A stretch of DNA of 64,000 bases. Origin: Candidatus Bathyarchaeia archaeon (GTDB lineage Archaea; Thermoproteota; Bathyarchaeia; Bathyarchaeales; Bathycorpusculaceae). The DNA lies in contig JBEKWR010000002.1 in assembly GCA_049512935.1 (NCBI GenBank), positions 1-64,000 on the forward strand, written 5' to 3'. The notes under the pieces are model-generated. The model ran no database searches. It had not been told where the DNA came from and saw only the letters and a list, made by a program, of their open reading frames with translations. The translations under genes and the position numbers were made by a program. Numbering within the stretch: position 1 is the stretch's first letter; every line of letters starts with the position of its first letter. Shown piece after piece: positions 20,001 to 29,447 of this stretch.

Positions 20001-23000
20001 GCTTTGAACGCCACAACAGGCTCCCAAATTTGGAGCTACCAAACAGGCGACTGGGTGGAGTCCTCTCCTGCTGTTGTTGGCGGCGTGGTCTACGTAGGCT
20101 CGGGTAACGGTAACGTGTACGCTTTGAATTCTGCAAACGGCGACCAACTCTGGAGCTACACAACTGGCAGCGGGGTGTATTCTTCTCCTGCTGTTGTTGG
20201 CGGCGTGGTCTACGTAGGTTCAAGCGACGGTAACGTGTACGCTTTAGACGCTGCAAACGGCAACCAACTCTGGAGCTACACAACTGGCAGCGGGGTGAAT
20301 TCTTCTCCTGCTGTTGTTGGCGGCGTGGTCTACGTAGGTTCAAGCGACGGTAACGTGTACGCTTTAGACGCTGCAACAGGCTCCCAAATTTGGAGCTACT
20401 CAACTGGCAGCTGGATAGGTTCTTCGTCTCCTGCTGTTGCAGGCGGCGTAGTCTACATAGGCTCAGTCGGAGGCACCGTGTACGCTTTGAACGCTGCAAA
20501 CGGCAACCAACTCTGGAACTACACAACAGTTCGCTGGGTGGAATCGTCCCCTGCTATTGCAGGTGGCGTAGTCTACATAGGCTCGGGTGATGGCTACGTG
20601 TACGCTTTTGGCTCATCAACTTTAACTGCTCCCACCGTTTCGGCTTCGCCTACCACGGTGGATTGTGGCCAGACATCAAGTTTGACTTCTTCCGCTGTGA
20701 CGACGGGCACTTCTCCCTACAGTTATCAGTGGTTTGAGATGGCTCCCGACGGAACCTATGTTGCAGTGGGGACAAATTCTGCAAGTTTTAATTTTGCTAC
20801 TGATGGCTCTACAGCTGCTGGCAGCTGGAACTTCATACTTCAGGTGACCGACAGCACAGATGCGGCGGTAAACTCAACTGCGGTCTCTGTGACTGTGAAT
20901 GCATCGCTCTACGCTCCGGTTGTAAACCCAGCAGGTCCGGTTGATCAAGGTCAAACTGCAGTTGTGTATGCAACTCTGTCAGGAGGGGGCACGGCTCCTA
21001 TCACGTACGAGTGGTTTGAGAAGGCTCCCGACGGAAACTACGTTGCTGAGGGCTCGGGTGATGCTCCGGGTCTTTTCTACTTTGCAACTTCAGGCTCCAC
21101 GGCGACCGGCAGCTACAGTTTCATCCTCCAACTAAGCGACGCTACAGGTGCAGCGGTTAACTCAACCGCCCGATCAGTCACGGTCAACGCTGCGCTTGTG
21201 CCTCCCACAGTGACGCCTTCGTTTGGCACGGTGGATAGAGGTCAGACTTCAGTCTTGTCCTCGTCGTCTGTGACTTCGGGCACGTCGCCCTACACGTATC
21301 AGTGGTTTGAGAAAGACCCGAGCGGTAACTACGTTGCAGTGGGCACGAATTCAGCAGGCTTCAGCTTCAGCACCACAGGCTCGACTGCAACCGGCGTATA
21401 CCTCTTCGTTCTCCAAGTAACTGATGCCACGAACGCGGCAGTAAACTCTACTGCAGTTTCTGTCACGGTGAACGCTTCCCCGACTGTCACGGTGAGTGGC
21501 AGCCCTTCGCCTGGGACGATCGGGGTACCAGTCACCTTCACCGCTGTCGGTTCCGGCGGCACGGGAACTTTGACTTACAACTGGTACATCGGTTATACCG
21601 AGGTTCAAAGCGGATCAAGCAACACCTACACTGCTACTCCAACTTCAAGCGGTTCATTCTCTGTTAATGTTTCAGTTACCGATAGCTTAACTGAGACTTC
21701 CAATCAGGTCACTGGATCCGTTTATGTCAATCCATCTGTCACGTATAACTTCGCGTCGCTTTCCTCGTCAACCATAGATTATGGTGGTTCGGTAACCGAC
21801 GCAGTGACACTTGAATTAGGTCTTACCGGACCAGTTGCTTCTGGAGCCACTGGATCTGTAACATTTTACTGGTCAACCGACGACGCCACCTGGAATCAAT
21901 TTGATGTAGAAACCCTAGTTGACGGTTCAGCTACTTCCGCTGCGTTCGTTCCCGCTGCTTCTGGAACCTACTATATCGAGGCTGCTTACCCCGGCGACTC
22001 CAACTATTTGCCTTCTTCTAGCACGTCAGATTTGACTGTGAACAGTGCCCCTTCAGCGAGCATTTCTCCCGGTTCATGGACGATGGATGTTGGGCAGTCT
22101 ACGACGTTTACTGCCACTGCCTCTGGCGGTTCAGGCACTTACACGAATTACCAGTGGTACGCGAATGGGCTATTAGCTCAGTCTGGGAGCGCGTCAACGA
22201 TGACTTGGGGGTCTCCAAACGCAGGCACTTTCTTGATTACCGTGAAGGTTACTGACAGTTATGGTGTGACTTCTGTTCTGTCTTCTGCTGCGACTGTTAC
22301 GGTGAACTCTGCGCTGACTGCTCCGACCGTGACAGCTACTCCAGCTACGGTTGATCGGGGTCAGACTTCAGCTTTGACTTCTACGGCTGTCTCGACTGGC
22401 ACTGGTCCGTACACTTATCAGTGGCTTGAGAAGGTTCCTGGCGGAAGCTACGTTGATGTCGGCTCGAATTCTGCGAGTTTCAACTTTGTTACTTCCCAAT
22501 CCACAACCACAGGCACTTGGAGCTTCATACTTCAGGTGACCGACAGCACAGGTGCAGCGGTAAACTCAACTGCGGCGACAGACTTGGTCAATCCTGCGTT
22601 GGCTGCTCCGACAGTTACGCCGTCTCCCAGCACGGTGGATCAGGGTCAGACTTCGGCGTTATCATCATCAGCCGTAACCACGGGTACTTCTCCTTACGCT
22701 TATCAGTGGTTTGAGAAGGCTCCTGGCGGAAGCTACGTTATTGTCGGCGCGAATTCTGCAGGCTTCAGTTTCGCCACAACTAGTGCAACGGCTACGGGCA
22801 GTTGGAACTTCATGCTTCAAGTGACTGACAACGCTGACACAGCGGTAAACTCTACTGCCGTGGCGGTTGCGGTAAATGTTGATCCGACCGTAAGTATCTC
22901 CCCCACTGTTCCGCTCACTTTGGATGTCGGGCAGCCCCAAACGTTTACGGCAACCAGCTCTGGTGGAACAGGAACACTGAGTTACCAATGGTTCCTAGAC

Positions 23001-24014
23001 GGTTCTGCTGTTTCCGGCGCGACTGGCACAAGCTACACTTTTACTCCTTCATCGACCAACTCCGCTTCGATCTATGCGACTGCCACTGACAGTCTAGACG
23101 TGACATCAGCTACATCTAACACCGTGTCTGTTTCGGTGAACCAACTCACAGTTGACGCTTCAGTCAGCGGCTCTAACGGCGCCATTAGTCCAAGCGGAAG
23201 TGTCCCCGTTAACTATGGCGGCACTCAAGTTTTCACTATCACGCCGAATACTGGATACCAAATTGCAAGCATCACAGTTAACGGTGGTTCGGTGCCTGTT
23301 ACCTCACCTTCCGGCCAAACGGTTAGCGTCACCAACGTTCAGGGCGCAGATACAATCTCAGCAACGTTTACACTAGCACCTGTATCAACTCCGACCACAA
23401 CACCAACTGCGACCCCTTCACCATCGCCTACACCGACAACTACTCCAACAGTATCGCCAACTTCGTCACCTACGGCATCATCACCATTTTCATCGAGCCT
23501 TGTAATTCCCGTCGTCGGAGGAGTCGTTGTAGCCTCTTTAATCATCGCAGCGGTAGCCACCGGAGCAGGCAAAGCCTTCCTCGCCAAACTAAGCGAAACA
23601 ATTCTCCAAAGACTAAGACACATCTTCAAAATTGGAAAAGCCAGCATATCAGTGCCCAAAGGAGTAAACATCACAGTTCATCCCCATCCTGACGTTCAAC
23701 TGATATTTAGCGAAGTAACCAAGGCTGGAGCGGCAAAAGCAACTCCACTGACGAGTTATCCGTCGCTGCCTCACGGCGAGTCATTCATCAAAGGAACCGT
23801 ATTTGACATTAAAACCTCCGCCGCCTTCACTGGAAAGGCAACCGTCGGCATTCACTTTGACGGCTCCGGATTAAATGACGCGCAAAAAATGGCGCTGAAA
23901 GTATTTCGAATACACTCGGCTTCTGTCTGGGAAGACATAACAACACACATCGACCTAAAAAACAACATTGCATACGGCGCTACAGACCACTTCTCGATAT
24001 TTGGAGTTAGATAA
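17004..24014 (+). CDS. 2336-aa surface protein: two PQQ-like beta-propeller arrays, Ig/PKD-like repeats, TM anchor, C-terminal domain
   Basis: Signal peptide; 8 + 15 SSPAV.GGVVYVGS.DG.VYAL repeats; repeated TGT.PY.YQW...FILQVTD domains; P/T linker; TM helix. Confidence 0.9.
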   Translation: MREQTLRRKRLYTMLALVLLTGIMVLVFLGAFNVAKANNQSSDSNGDPNTWSMFRNNLSHTGYTSSTAPTTNMLKWSYRIGGGVESSPAVVNGVVYVGSNWGDFCAFNASTGHKIWDYVRGGGGFSSPAVANGVVYVGSTDDNVYALNASTGSFIWSYPTGDEVMSSPAVSNGVVYVGSWDDNVYALNATTGGEIWSYTTGDRVYSSPAVVSGVVYVGSDDGNLYALNATTGNIIWSHFNDDTVDWVASSPVVSNGVVYTASYFHGYVYALNASTGNEIWSCTLDGGVFSSPAVVGDVLYVGGSYGNVYALNASTGGQIWSFFAGNSVWSSPAVADGIVYIGSENSNVYALNASTGSPIWNYQTNAVVDSSPAVADGVVYIGSDDGNVYAFGTPNYSASALFSSINQGQTDLLTSSATSGDWFVYPPRSEGYEEIYDSSPASYVFNSSGAPLGTWRFEIQSTDDTGAITYSNVVTVTVNRALAAPTVSALANPIDQGQSSVLISSAMSTGAPPYSYQWFSEAPSASGFSPIQGATSANYMFDSTGATLGTWSFNLQVNDSTGVSVTSNTATVVVNAAAPSVDAWSMFHHDLSHSGYSTYAGPTTNTVKWSFYTTGDSVESSPTVVNGVVYVGSGCGYVYALDATTGNQIWNFSTGGWVESSPAVVDGVVYIGSEDGNVYALNAANGNQLWNYTTGGGVDSSPRVVNGVVYIGSGDSNVYALNASTGSMIWSYTTGGGVWSSPAVVNGVVYVGSFDGNVYALNASTGAYIWSDATGGLVRSSPVVVGGVVYVGSFDDNVYAFNATTGARIWISATFGCIVSSPAVDGGVVYVGSEDGNVYALNAANGDQLWSYTTDGRVISSPDVANGVVYVGSDDGNLYALNATDGNPLWSYTTGGVVWSSPAVVGGVVYIGSEANYVYALNATTGTQIWSCFIGGSVDSSPTVAGGMVYVGSYDDKVYALDAATGDIMWSYPTSGPVWSSPAVAGGVVYVGSDDGCVYALNATTGSQIWSYQTGDWVESSPAVVGGVVYVGSGNGNVYALNSANGDQLWSYTTGSGVYSSPAVVGGVVYVGSSDGNVYALDAANGNQLWSYTTGSGVNSSPAVVGGVVYVGSSDGNVYALDAATGSQIWSYSTGSWIGSSSPAVAGGVVYIGSVGGTVYALNAANGNQLWNYTTVRWVESSPAIAGGVVYIGSGDGYVYAFGSSTLTAPTVSASPTTVDCGQTSSLTSSAVTTGTSPYSYQWFEMAPDGTYVAVGTNSASFNFATDGSTAAGSWNFILQVTDSTDAAVNSTAVSVTVNASLYAPVVNPAGPVDQGQTAVVYATLSGGGTAPITYEWFEKAPDGNYVAEGSGDAPGLFYFATSGSTATGSYSFILQLSDATGAAVNSTARSVTVNAALVPPTVTPSFGTVDRGQTSVLSSSSVTSGTSPYTYQWFEKDPSGNYVAVGTNSAGFSFSTTGSTATGVYLFVLQVTDATNAAVNSTAVSVTVNASPTVTVSGSPSPGTIGVPVTFTAVGSGGTGTLTYNWYIGYTEVQSGSSNTYTATPTSSGSFSVNVSVTDSLTETSNQVTGSVYVNPSVTYNFASLSSSTIDYGGSVTDAVTLELGLTGPVASGATGSVTFYWSTDDATWNQFDVETLVDGSATSAAFVPAASGTYYIEAAYPGDSNYLPSSSTSDLTVNSAPSASISPGSWTMDVGQSTTFTATASGGSGTYTNYQWYANGLLAQSGSASTMTWGSPNAGTFLITVKVTDSYGVTSVLSSAATVTVNSALTAPTVTATPATVDRGQTSALTSTAVSTGTGPYTYQWLEKVPGGSYVDVGSNSASFNFVTSQSTTTGTWSFILQVTDSTGAAVNSTAATDLVNPALAAPTVTPSPSTVDQGQTSALSSSAVTTGTSPYAYQWFEKAPGGSYVIVGANSAGFSFATTSATATGSWNFMLQVTDNADTAVNSTAVAVAVNVDPTVSISPTVPLTLDVGQPQTFTATSSGGTGTLSYQWFLDGSAVSGATGTSYTFTPSSTNSASIYATATDSLDVTSATSNTVSVSVNQLTVDASVSGSNGAISPSGSVPVNYGGTQVFTITPNTGYQIASITVNGGSVPVTSPSGQTVSVTNVQGADTISATFTLAPVSTPTTTPTATPSPSPTPTTTPTVSPTSSPTASSPFSSSLVIPVVGGVVVASLIIAAVATGAGKAFLAKLSETILQRLRHIFKIGKASISVPKGVNITVHPHPDVQLIFSEVTKAGAAKATPLTSYPSLPHGESFIKGTVFDIKTSAAFTGKATVGIHFDGSGLNDAQKMALKVFRIHSASVWEDITTHIDLKNNIAYGATDHFSIFGVR
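20131..20370 (+). repeat. Near-identical 120-bp tandem duplication within the propeller array
   Basis: 20131-20250 and 20251-20370 differ at only 2 positions. Confidence 0.9.
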
Positions 24015-24088
24015 AAAAAACTCATTACCCATCTTTTCTTTTGATGGCATTAGAAGCCGTGCCAATGCAAAGGGTGGATTGGAAATTT

Positions 24089-25084
24089 TTAGGTTAATCC
24101 AAGCGAGTTCTTCATGACTTCCAAATCCAAATTGCCCGCGTGGAAGGTTTTGCCCGTTCTTGCATTCGTTATAGAGACAACTGCTGGAGCAAAAATGTTG
24201 GTGTCAACCTTGTAAAAGTCAAAACCCGCCTCTTTGAAGATATCTAGAAACCTCGGATTCTTCTGAGCTAACCTCTTAGCTTCCTGTAGCATTTCCGAAG
24301 CCGATGAGGGCGCCTGCTTAACTATGCTTTCCAGCTTCACTTCGTCTTCATAGTTGACTGTGTAGTTGGTTGTTCCGCCGTAGAGGATGGCGTCGTTTGT
24401 TCTACCCATAGCTTCTCCTGCATTTGGGTGCACTGGAACAATCGGCGCGTAGCCCCAAGCATGCTTTACAATCAACGGGTCAAGTTCTAGTCTTTCAAGC
24501 TTGTGAAGCCCTGTTTCCACGATTCTCCCGGAAACCTGAGTGACTCCTGAAAGGCTTGTGGTGGAAAACATGACGATGAAGAGGTTTTTGGGCGAGACGT
24601 TGCATTTTAAAGCAATCTGTTGGATTACAGGCTCGGGCGGCGCTTTTTCCGTTTCCAAGACAAGAACTGCTGTGTCTGATTCCTCTTTATAGTTGAGTTT
24701 TAAGTAAAGGTCTTTAGGTTTGAGGGCAAGTGCCCTAGCAGGACCCGAAGCAATAGCTGAGTAGTTGTCGCCTTTTATTTGCCAACCTGCGAACTGCGAG
24801 CCTAAAAGCGATAAGGCAGGGTGATCTGTTTGAACAAAGACCGATGGCAAAACCACGTCGCCATACTGCACTGGAGTAACAGTTGCTTTTCCGTACCCAG
24901 CAAGGCAAATTTCAGTTATAATTTCGCCTGCAAGAAATCCGCCCTCAGCCTTAATACCCGCATCTACCAACGTTGCGCCTGACTCTGTCTGCTCAACTAC
25001 GACGCCGTACTTATCAGATCCATCGCACATTTTTTTGAATAAGGCTAGAGCCGATTTGTTAAGGTTAATCTTGGATGTAGACAC
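24089..25084 (-). CDS. mch: Methenyltetrahydromethanopterin cyclohydrolase
   Basis: LGSQFAGW, SGPARAL, QVSGR.VETG.HK, AMGRTNDAILYGG, FDFYKVD..IFAPA motifs. Confidence 0.95.
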   Translation of the reverse strand: MSTSKINLNKSALALFKKMCDGSDKYGVVVEQTESGATLVDAGIKAEGGFLAGEIITEICLAGYGKATVTPVQYGDVVLPSVFVQTDHPALSLLGSQFAGWQIKGDNYSAIASGPARALALKPKDLYLKLNYKEESDTAVLVLETEKAPPEPVIQQIALKCNVSPKNLFIVMFSTTSLSGVTQVSGRIVETGLHKLERLELDPLIVKHAWGYAPIVPVHPNAGEAMGRTNDAILYGGTTNYTVNYEDEVKLESIVKQAPSSASEMLQEAKRLAQKNPRFLDIFKEAGFDFYKVDTNIFAPAVVSITNARTGKTFHAGNLDLEVMKNSLGLT

Positions 25085-25369
25085 TTAATGTTCCTCAGGT
25101 TGCTTAATGGACAATTACATTCAGCAAGCATAAATTAAGTTTTTCCTTGACACTAAAAGAAACCCTTAGACCACTCCCATCAAAAAGGCTAAAGCAAACC
25201 TTTCTTTCAGATTTTCCGTGAAGCAGGCCGTGGCTTCTACAAGATTGACCACGGCTTGTTCGCACCCGCAGTTCTAACCATAAACAACGCAAAAACAGGG
25301 AACACCTTCAAAGCAGGACAAATCAACCCTAATGTACTATCAGAATCCTTAGGATTCTAACCCTTTTTT

Positions 25370-25957
25370 TCATTTCAGCTTGAATCTTGAAAGAACAGGT
25401 ATTGCTATAGCAAATGCGACAGGTATCGTGTAAAGTGCTACCGTACCATTGAAGAGGGCGCCGAGTGGAATAAAAGCCAAGGCTGCCTCTGGCTTATATG
25501 AAAAGCCGACAGGGGACGGCTGTTGGAGCGTAAAGTAGTTTACGACTGACGTTATGGCAATACGGACAACGATGCCTAAGACTGTTGCAGATATGCTTAT
25601 CATTTTAGCATGCTTCTTAAGGATATCAGACAAGTTTTCCGTTTTGCAGCCCCGAGTTGCAATCAAGTAGGGGACATAGACGCCTAACATCATTGAAAGA
25701 ATTGCAACAAGGTTATAGACTGGCCCTAGCGGCGAAAAGCCCCCCGTGAAATAAATTGTCAAAATGACAGTGTTTATCGCGGATGTTATTAAGCCAGCTA
25801 TTGCTCCTAGGACTAAGAAAGCTACCACGATTGGTATTTCCCAGATTTGGTAGTAAAGGAAGGGTGCATAGGGCGCTGGAATTTTCGGCCCGGCTACATT
25901 TAGGGCCATAGTCAGCGCAACGAATATTATGATGAGTGCAAGTGTTTTGGTATTCAT
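25370..25957 (-). CDS. ECF transporter S-component-like membrane protein
   Basis: Six TM helices; IPAPYAPFLYYQIWEIP motif. Confidence 0.7.
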   Translation of the reverse strand: MNTKTLALIIIFVALTMALNVAGPKIPAPYAPFLYYQIWEIPIVVAFLVLGAIAGLITSAINTVILTIYFTGGFSPLGPVYNLVAILSMMLGVYVPYLIATRGCKTENLSDILKKHAKMISISATVLGIVVRIAITSVVNYFTLQQPSPVGFSYKPEAALAFIPLGALFNGTVALYTIPVAFAIAIPVLSRFKLK

Positions 25958-26101
25958 TTTTGCTTGTCTCGTGTGGTTGTTGAAATCCGTCGTTAGCTAT
26001 TTAAGAGTAGTTACTCAAAAAAACGTAAGAGAAATCGGGTAGAATCAGGGCTAAAATTGATAAATAAGCCCACAATAACATTAGATAAGCAGTGAAACGT
26101 A

Positions 26102-27355
26102 TTGACTGAAACAATCATCAAGTTCACCTCACCCAGCGAAGTTAAACCTTGGCTGGAAGACAAAACAAACTCGATCATCTCGCCAGTGCATACCCAAGCC
26201 AAAAAATTAAGGGACGACATGAACGTGTCAATCCAAAGCGTCGCCGACGTAAGCAAGCTACTCCTGGATAACAGCACAAGAGAAATCGAAAGAAGAAACA
26301 TGAAAGTGTACAATCGAGCCCGAGCCCTAAACAAGCTTGCGCACCTGTTTGTTGACAGACTCAAAAAGCTTGAGACGCCTGAAGAAATCTCGTACGATTC
26401 GTTAAGCAAGTACGCTCAGGAAATCCAAAAAGTCTTCATTGTATTCGATATAGACATCAAGAACTGGTTTCCGAGAATCTCGCCATTCTTCATAATGGAT
26501 AGAAGACGATTTTTGACCGTCTACGAGAAGACTAAACAAACCCACACGCTTCTTAACGACTTTATCACAAAAGAGTACGTCAAAACTAAAACCTTGGAGG
26601 AAGCCTTCAACCTGCTGAATGAACTCCAAAACGTACAGCAACAGCAGGGAACGATAGGCGACGAAAAAGAACAGATAAAAAACGAGCGGCTGCCAATCGA
26701 GAAGGAAATCGCTGAGTTAGAACAGAAAATTGACGAGTTGAAAACCAAGGGACCCATCGACTCTTTAAACATGGCGAATAGTGAAATATGCAATTTAACT
26801 AACGAGTTAAAGCATTCTCTCAGGTACTTGCAGAAACCATTCATCAAGATGCAGGCGTTAGCCACCAGCGGCGGCGGAGGGGGGGTAACTCCTGACCAGC
26901 TGAGCAGGGTAAACCAGTATTTGGATGCGCCTTTTGACGCTTTTTTGACAGAGCAGAACGGGTACCCCGAACTGAGAGAAATCCTGGAGAAACTTCAACA
27001 TCTCCTCGCTGAAGACAAGTTGAAGCTTAAAGAGGACAAGGCGCGCAAAGCGGAGCAATCGATAAACGAGATAGTCAAGAACGACTCGCTCATTCAGCTT
27101 CAAGCCAGATGCGTGGAGATGGCAAACAGAAGAGACCAGCTGTTGGCTTCTCCAGTGATGGATGAGACAAAACGGTGCCTAGCCGTTTACCAGCAGCAGC
27201 TTGACCAGTTAAAGATGCGGAAAACAAGCATCGAAACCCACGAGGCAGTCAAGGAAAACGCGTACAACGACACATCGGACAGAATCGGCAACCTAAAAAG
27301 AACCATTGAAAAAGACATTTACAATTCTATAGACATTAAAGTTCAAATCCCATAG
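26102..27355 (+). CDS. Hypothetical coiled-coil protein
   Basis: 417-aa E/K/Q/L-rich helical ORF, 10 bp upstream of the phosphatase. Confidence 0.8.
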   Translation: MTETIIKFTSPSEVKPWLEDKTNSIISPVHTQAKKLRDDMNVSIQSVADVSKLLLDNSTREIERRNMKVYNRARALNKLAHLFVDRLKKLETPEEISYDSLSKYAQEIQKVFIVFDIDIKNWFPRISPFFIMDRRRFLTVYEKTKQTHTLLNDFITKEYVKTKTLEEAFNLLNELQNVQQQQGTIGDEKEQIKNERLPIEKEIAELEQKIDELKTKGPIDSLNMANSEICNLTNELKHSLRYLQKPFIKMQALATSGGGGGVTPDQLSRVNQYLDAPFDAFLTEQNGYPELREILEKLQHLLAEDKLKLKEDKARKAEQSINEIVKNDSLIQLQARCVEMANRRDQLLASPVMDETKRCLAVYQQQLDQLKMRKTSIETHEAVKENAYNDTSDRIGNLKRTIEKDIYNSIDIKVQIP

Positions 27356-27365
27356 TCAACCGCCC

Positions 27366-28295
27366 GTGTCCCGTTTGGATTTATCCTCACTTCTCAAAGA
27401 AGCCCTAAACGTTCAAAGCAGCGTCTTCATCGAAACGTTAGACGAAGCCGCGCATTTGTTACAGAGTGAAAACGGGCACGTCGGCAATTTAACAATCACT
27501 AACCGTTTAGTCACTCTTGAACCGCTTGGCGAAGCGTTGGTAATAGGCGATTTGCACGGGGACTTCGAAAGCCTCGCAGTGATGCTTCAGGAAAGCAGGT
27601 TCCTGCGAAAAATGGAAGAAACAAGCGATGCAACCCTGATTTTTTTAGGCGACTACGGCGACAGAGGAGACAAACCAGCCGAAGTTTACTACACGATTCT
27701 GAAGCTGAAGCTTGCTTTCCCAAAAAAGGTTGTTCTTTTAAGGGGAAACCATGAGGGACCAGCAGATTTGACGGCTTCTCCGCATGATTTACTCCTTAGA
27801 TTCCAAGCAAGGTTCGGTCAAGACGGCAGGCTTGTTTACGATAAAACTCGCTCTTTATGGAGTTGCCTGTACAACGCCGTGTACGTTGAGGGTCGGTTTT
27901 TGATGGTTCACGGCGGCGTCTCAAAGGAAATCAGCAGCCTTCAAGATATCGCTCGAGCCCGAGACAGTAGCAACGAGGGTTTGCTGGAAGAATTACTGTG
28001 GAACGACCCAGCCGAAGGAATGAAGGGGGTTTCTTTTTCCCCAAGGGGCGCAGGAAAACTCTTCGGCAAAGATGTAACAAAGATGGTTCTTGAACGGTTG
28101 AACGCTAAAATCCTGATAAGAGGACATGAAGCAAGCAGCGTAGGCTTCAAGATCAACCATGGCGGGAAAGTCTTAACTCTGTTCTCAAGGAAAGGCGATC
28201 CATACTACAACAGGTACGGAGCCTTCTTGCAGTTACCGCTCACCGAGAAACATGAAAACGTCAAGGAACTCATCCCGTTTATCCACAAGTTTTAG
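27366..28295 (+). CDS. PPP-family Ser/Thr protein phosphatase
   Basis: GDLHG, GDYGDRG, LRGNHE, HGG, LWNDP, RGHE motifs. Confidence 0.92.
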   Translation: MSRLDLSSLLKEALNVQSSVFIETLDEAAHLLQSENGHVGNLTITNRLVTLEPLGEALVIGDLHGDFESLAVMLQESRFLRKMEETSDATLIFLGDYGDRGDKPAEVYYTILKLKLAFPKKVVLLRGNHEGPADLTASPHDLLLRFQARFGQDGRLVYDKTRSLWSCLYNAVYVEGRFLMVHGGVSKEISSLQDIARARDSSNEGLLEELLWNDPAEGMKGVSFSPRGAGKLFGKDVTKMVLERLNAKILIRGHEASSVGFKINHGGKVLTLFSRKGDPYYNRYGAFLQLPLTEKHENVKELIPFIHKF

Positions 28296-28435
28296 CCTGA
28301 CGTTACCTTCAACGGCGTGAACTGTGCATAATTGTTTCTGCTCGGCGCACAATGGATTTAACCTAAATGTTTCCTGCTGAACATTGATTAATTGCTAAGT
28401 CATTAGAGGTTAAAAGACAGCGAGAGGTTTAACGA

Positions 28436-29443
28436 GTGCCAAGCGAAAATGCCATTGAAACAATCAACCTGACGAAAGTGTTCAAGTCAAAAATTCCTTT
28501 GCCCGGGCACTTTAAGCGCAAGACGGTCACCGTGAACGCCGTCGACAACCTAAACCTCCAAATCAAGAGGGGCGAACTATTCGGGCTTCTCGGACCCAAC
28601 GGCGCGGGAAAAACCACTCTGGTCAAGATGCTCTGCACTCTTCTTCCACCCGACCGCGGAACCGCGTTAATCAACGGCTACGACATCGTCAAGCAGCAAA
28701 TGCAGGTTAAACGTTCACTTGGCACACTTTTCAGCGTCGGCGAACGCGGCTTCTTTTGGCGCCTTAACGGGTACAGAAACCTTGAGTTTTTCGCTTCAAC
28801 CTACAACGTGCCGAGGCAGAAGAGGCAGCAGCGGATTATGGAAGTGTTAAAGCTTGTAGGGCTTGAGAACAGCACCTTTGAGCTGTACCAGAGGTATTCA
28901 GGCGGAATGAAAAGGAAACTTGCGCTGGCTAGAACCCTGCTTCCTGACCCGCCCGTGATACTCCTTGACGAGCCGACGACAGGTTTAGACGCGATTTCCG
29001 CCCGCACCGTGCGGGACTTCGTTAAACGAACCGTTCAGGAAACAGGCAAAACCGTGCTCTACACCACCCACTACATCGAGGAGGCATCGCAGATCTGCAA
29101 CAGAATCGGCATTCTCAAACAAGGCAAAATAATCGCCCTCGGCACGCCCGACGCGTTGAGGGAAAAAATCAAGAAAGAAGAGTCAATCAACCTAACGCTT
29201 GAACAAGTCACGCCGGCTCAAATCGAAGAAATGCGTTCCCTGCAAGGAGTCATCGAACTCACGGAAAGAACCGAGCCGAACCTGTTGCCGGGTCAGCAGG
29301 CGCTGTACATTCAACTGAAAAGCGTTGACATGCTGCCTCAAATCTTCGACTACATTTTTGAACGGAAAATCAAGCTTGTGAACTTCAAACGTGACGAACC
29401 CACCTTGGAAGACGCGTTCATAGAGCTAACTAACAGGGCGTGA
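28436..29443 (+). CDS. ABC-2-type transporter ATP-binding protein
   Basis: GPNGAGKT, YSGGM, LLDEPT motifs. Confidence 0.95.
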   Translation: MPSENAIETINLTKVFKSKIPLPGHFKRKTVTVNAVDNLNLQIKRGELFGLLGPNGAGKTTLVKMLCTLLPPDRGTALINGYDIVKQQMQVKRSLGTLFSVGERGFFWRLNGYRNLEFFASTYNVPRQKRQQRIMEVLKLVGLENSTFELYQRYSGGMKRKLALARTLLPDPPVILLDEPTTGLDAISARTVRDFVKRTVQETGKTVLYTTHYIEEASQICNRIGILKQGKIIALGTPDALREKIKKEESINLTLEQVTPAQIEEMRSLQGVIELTERTEPNLLPGQQALYIQLKSVDMLPQIFDYIFERKIKLVNFKRDEPTLEDAFIELTNRA

Positions 29444-29447
29444 AGGC

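Noticed and set aside
19924-20526. Repetitive Arg/Gln-rich antisense ORF and other ORFs overlapping real genes
   Set aside because: These are shadows of the coding strand with no independent motifs.
18745-20611. Diversity-generating retroelement acting on the propeller repeats
   Set aside because: No reverse transcriptase or separate template repeat is in the window, and only two adenine differences support it.
24089-25084. mch as evidence of methanogenesis
   Set aside because: Mch also serves the archaeal Wood-Ljungdahl pathway, and no mcr genes are in the window.
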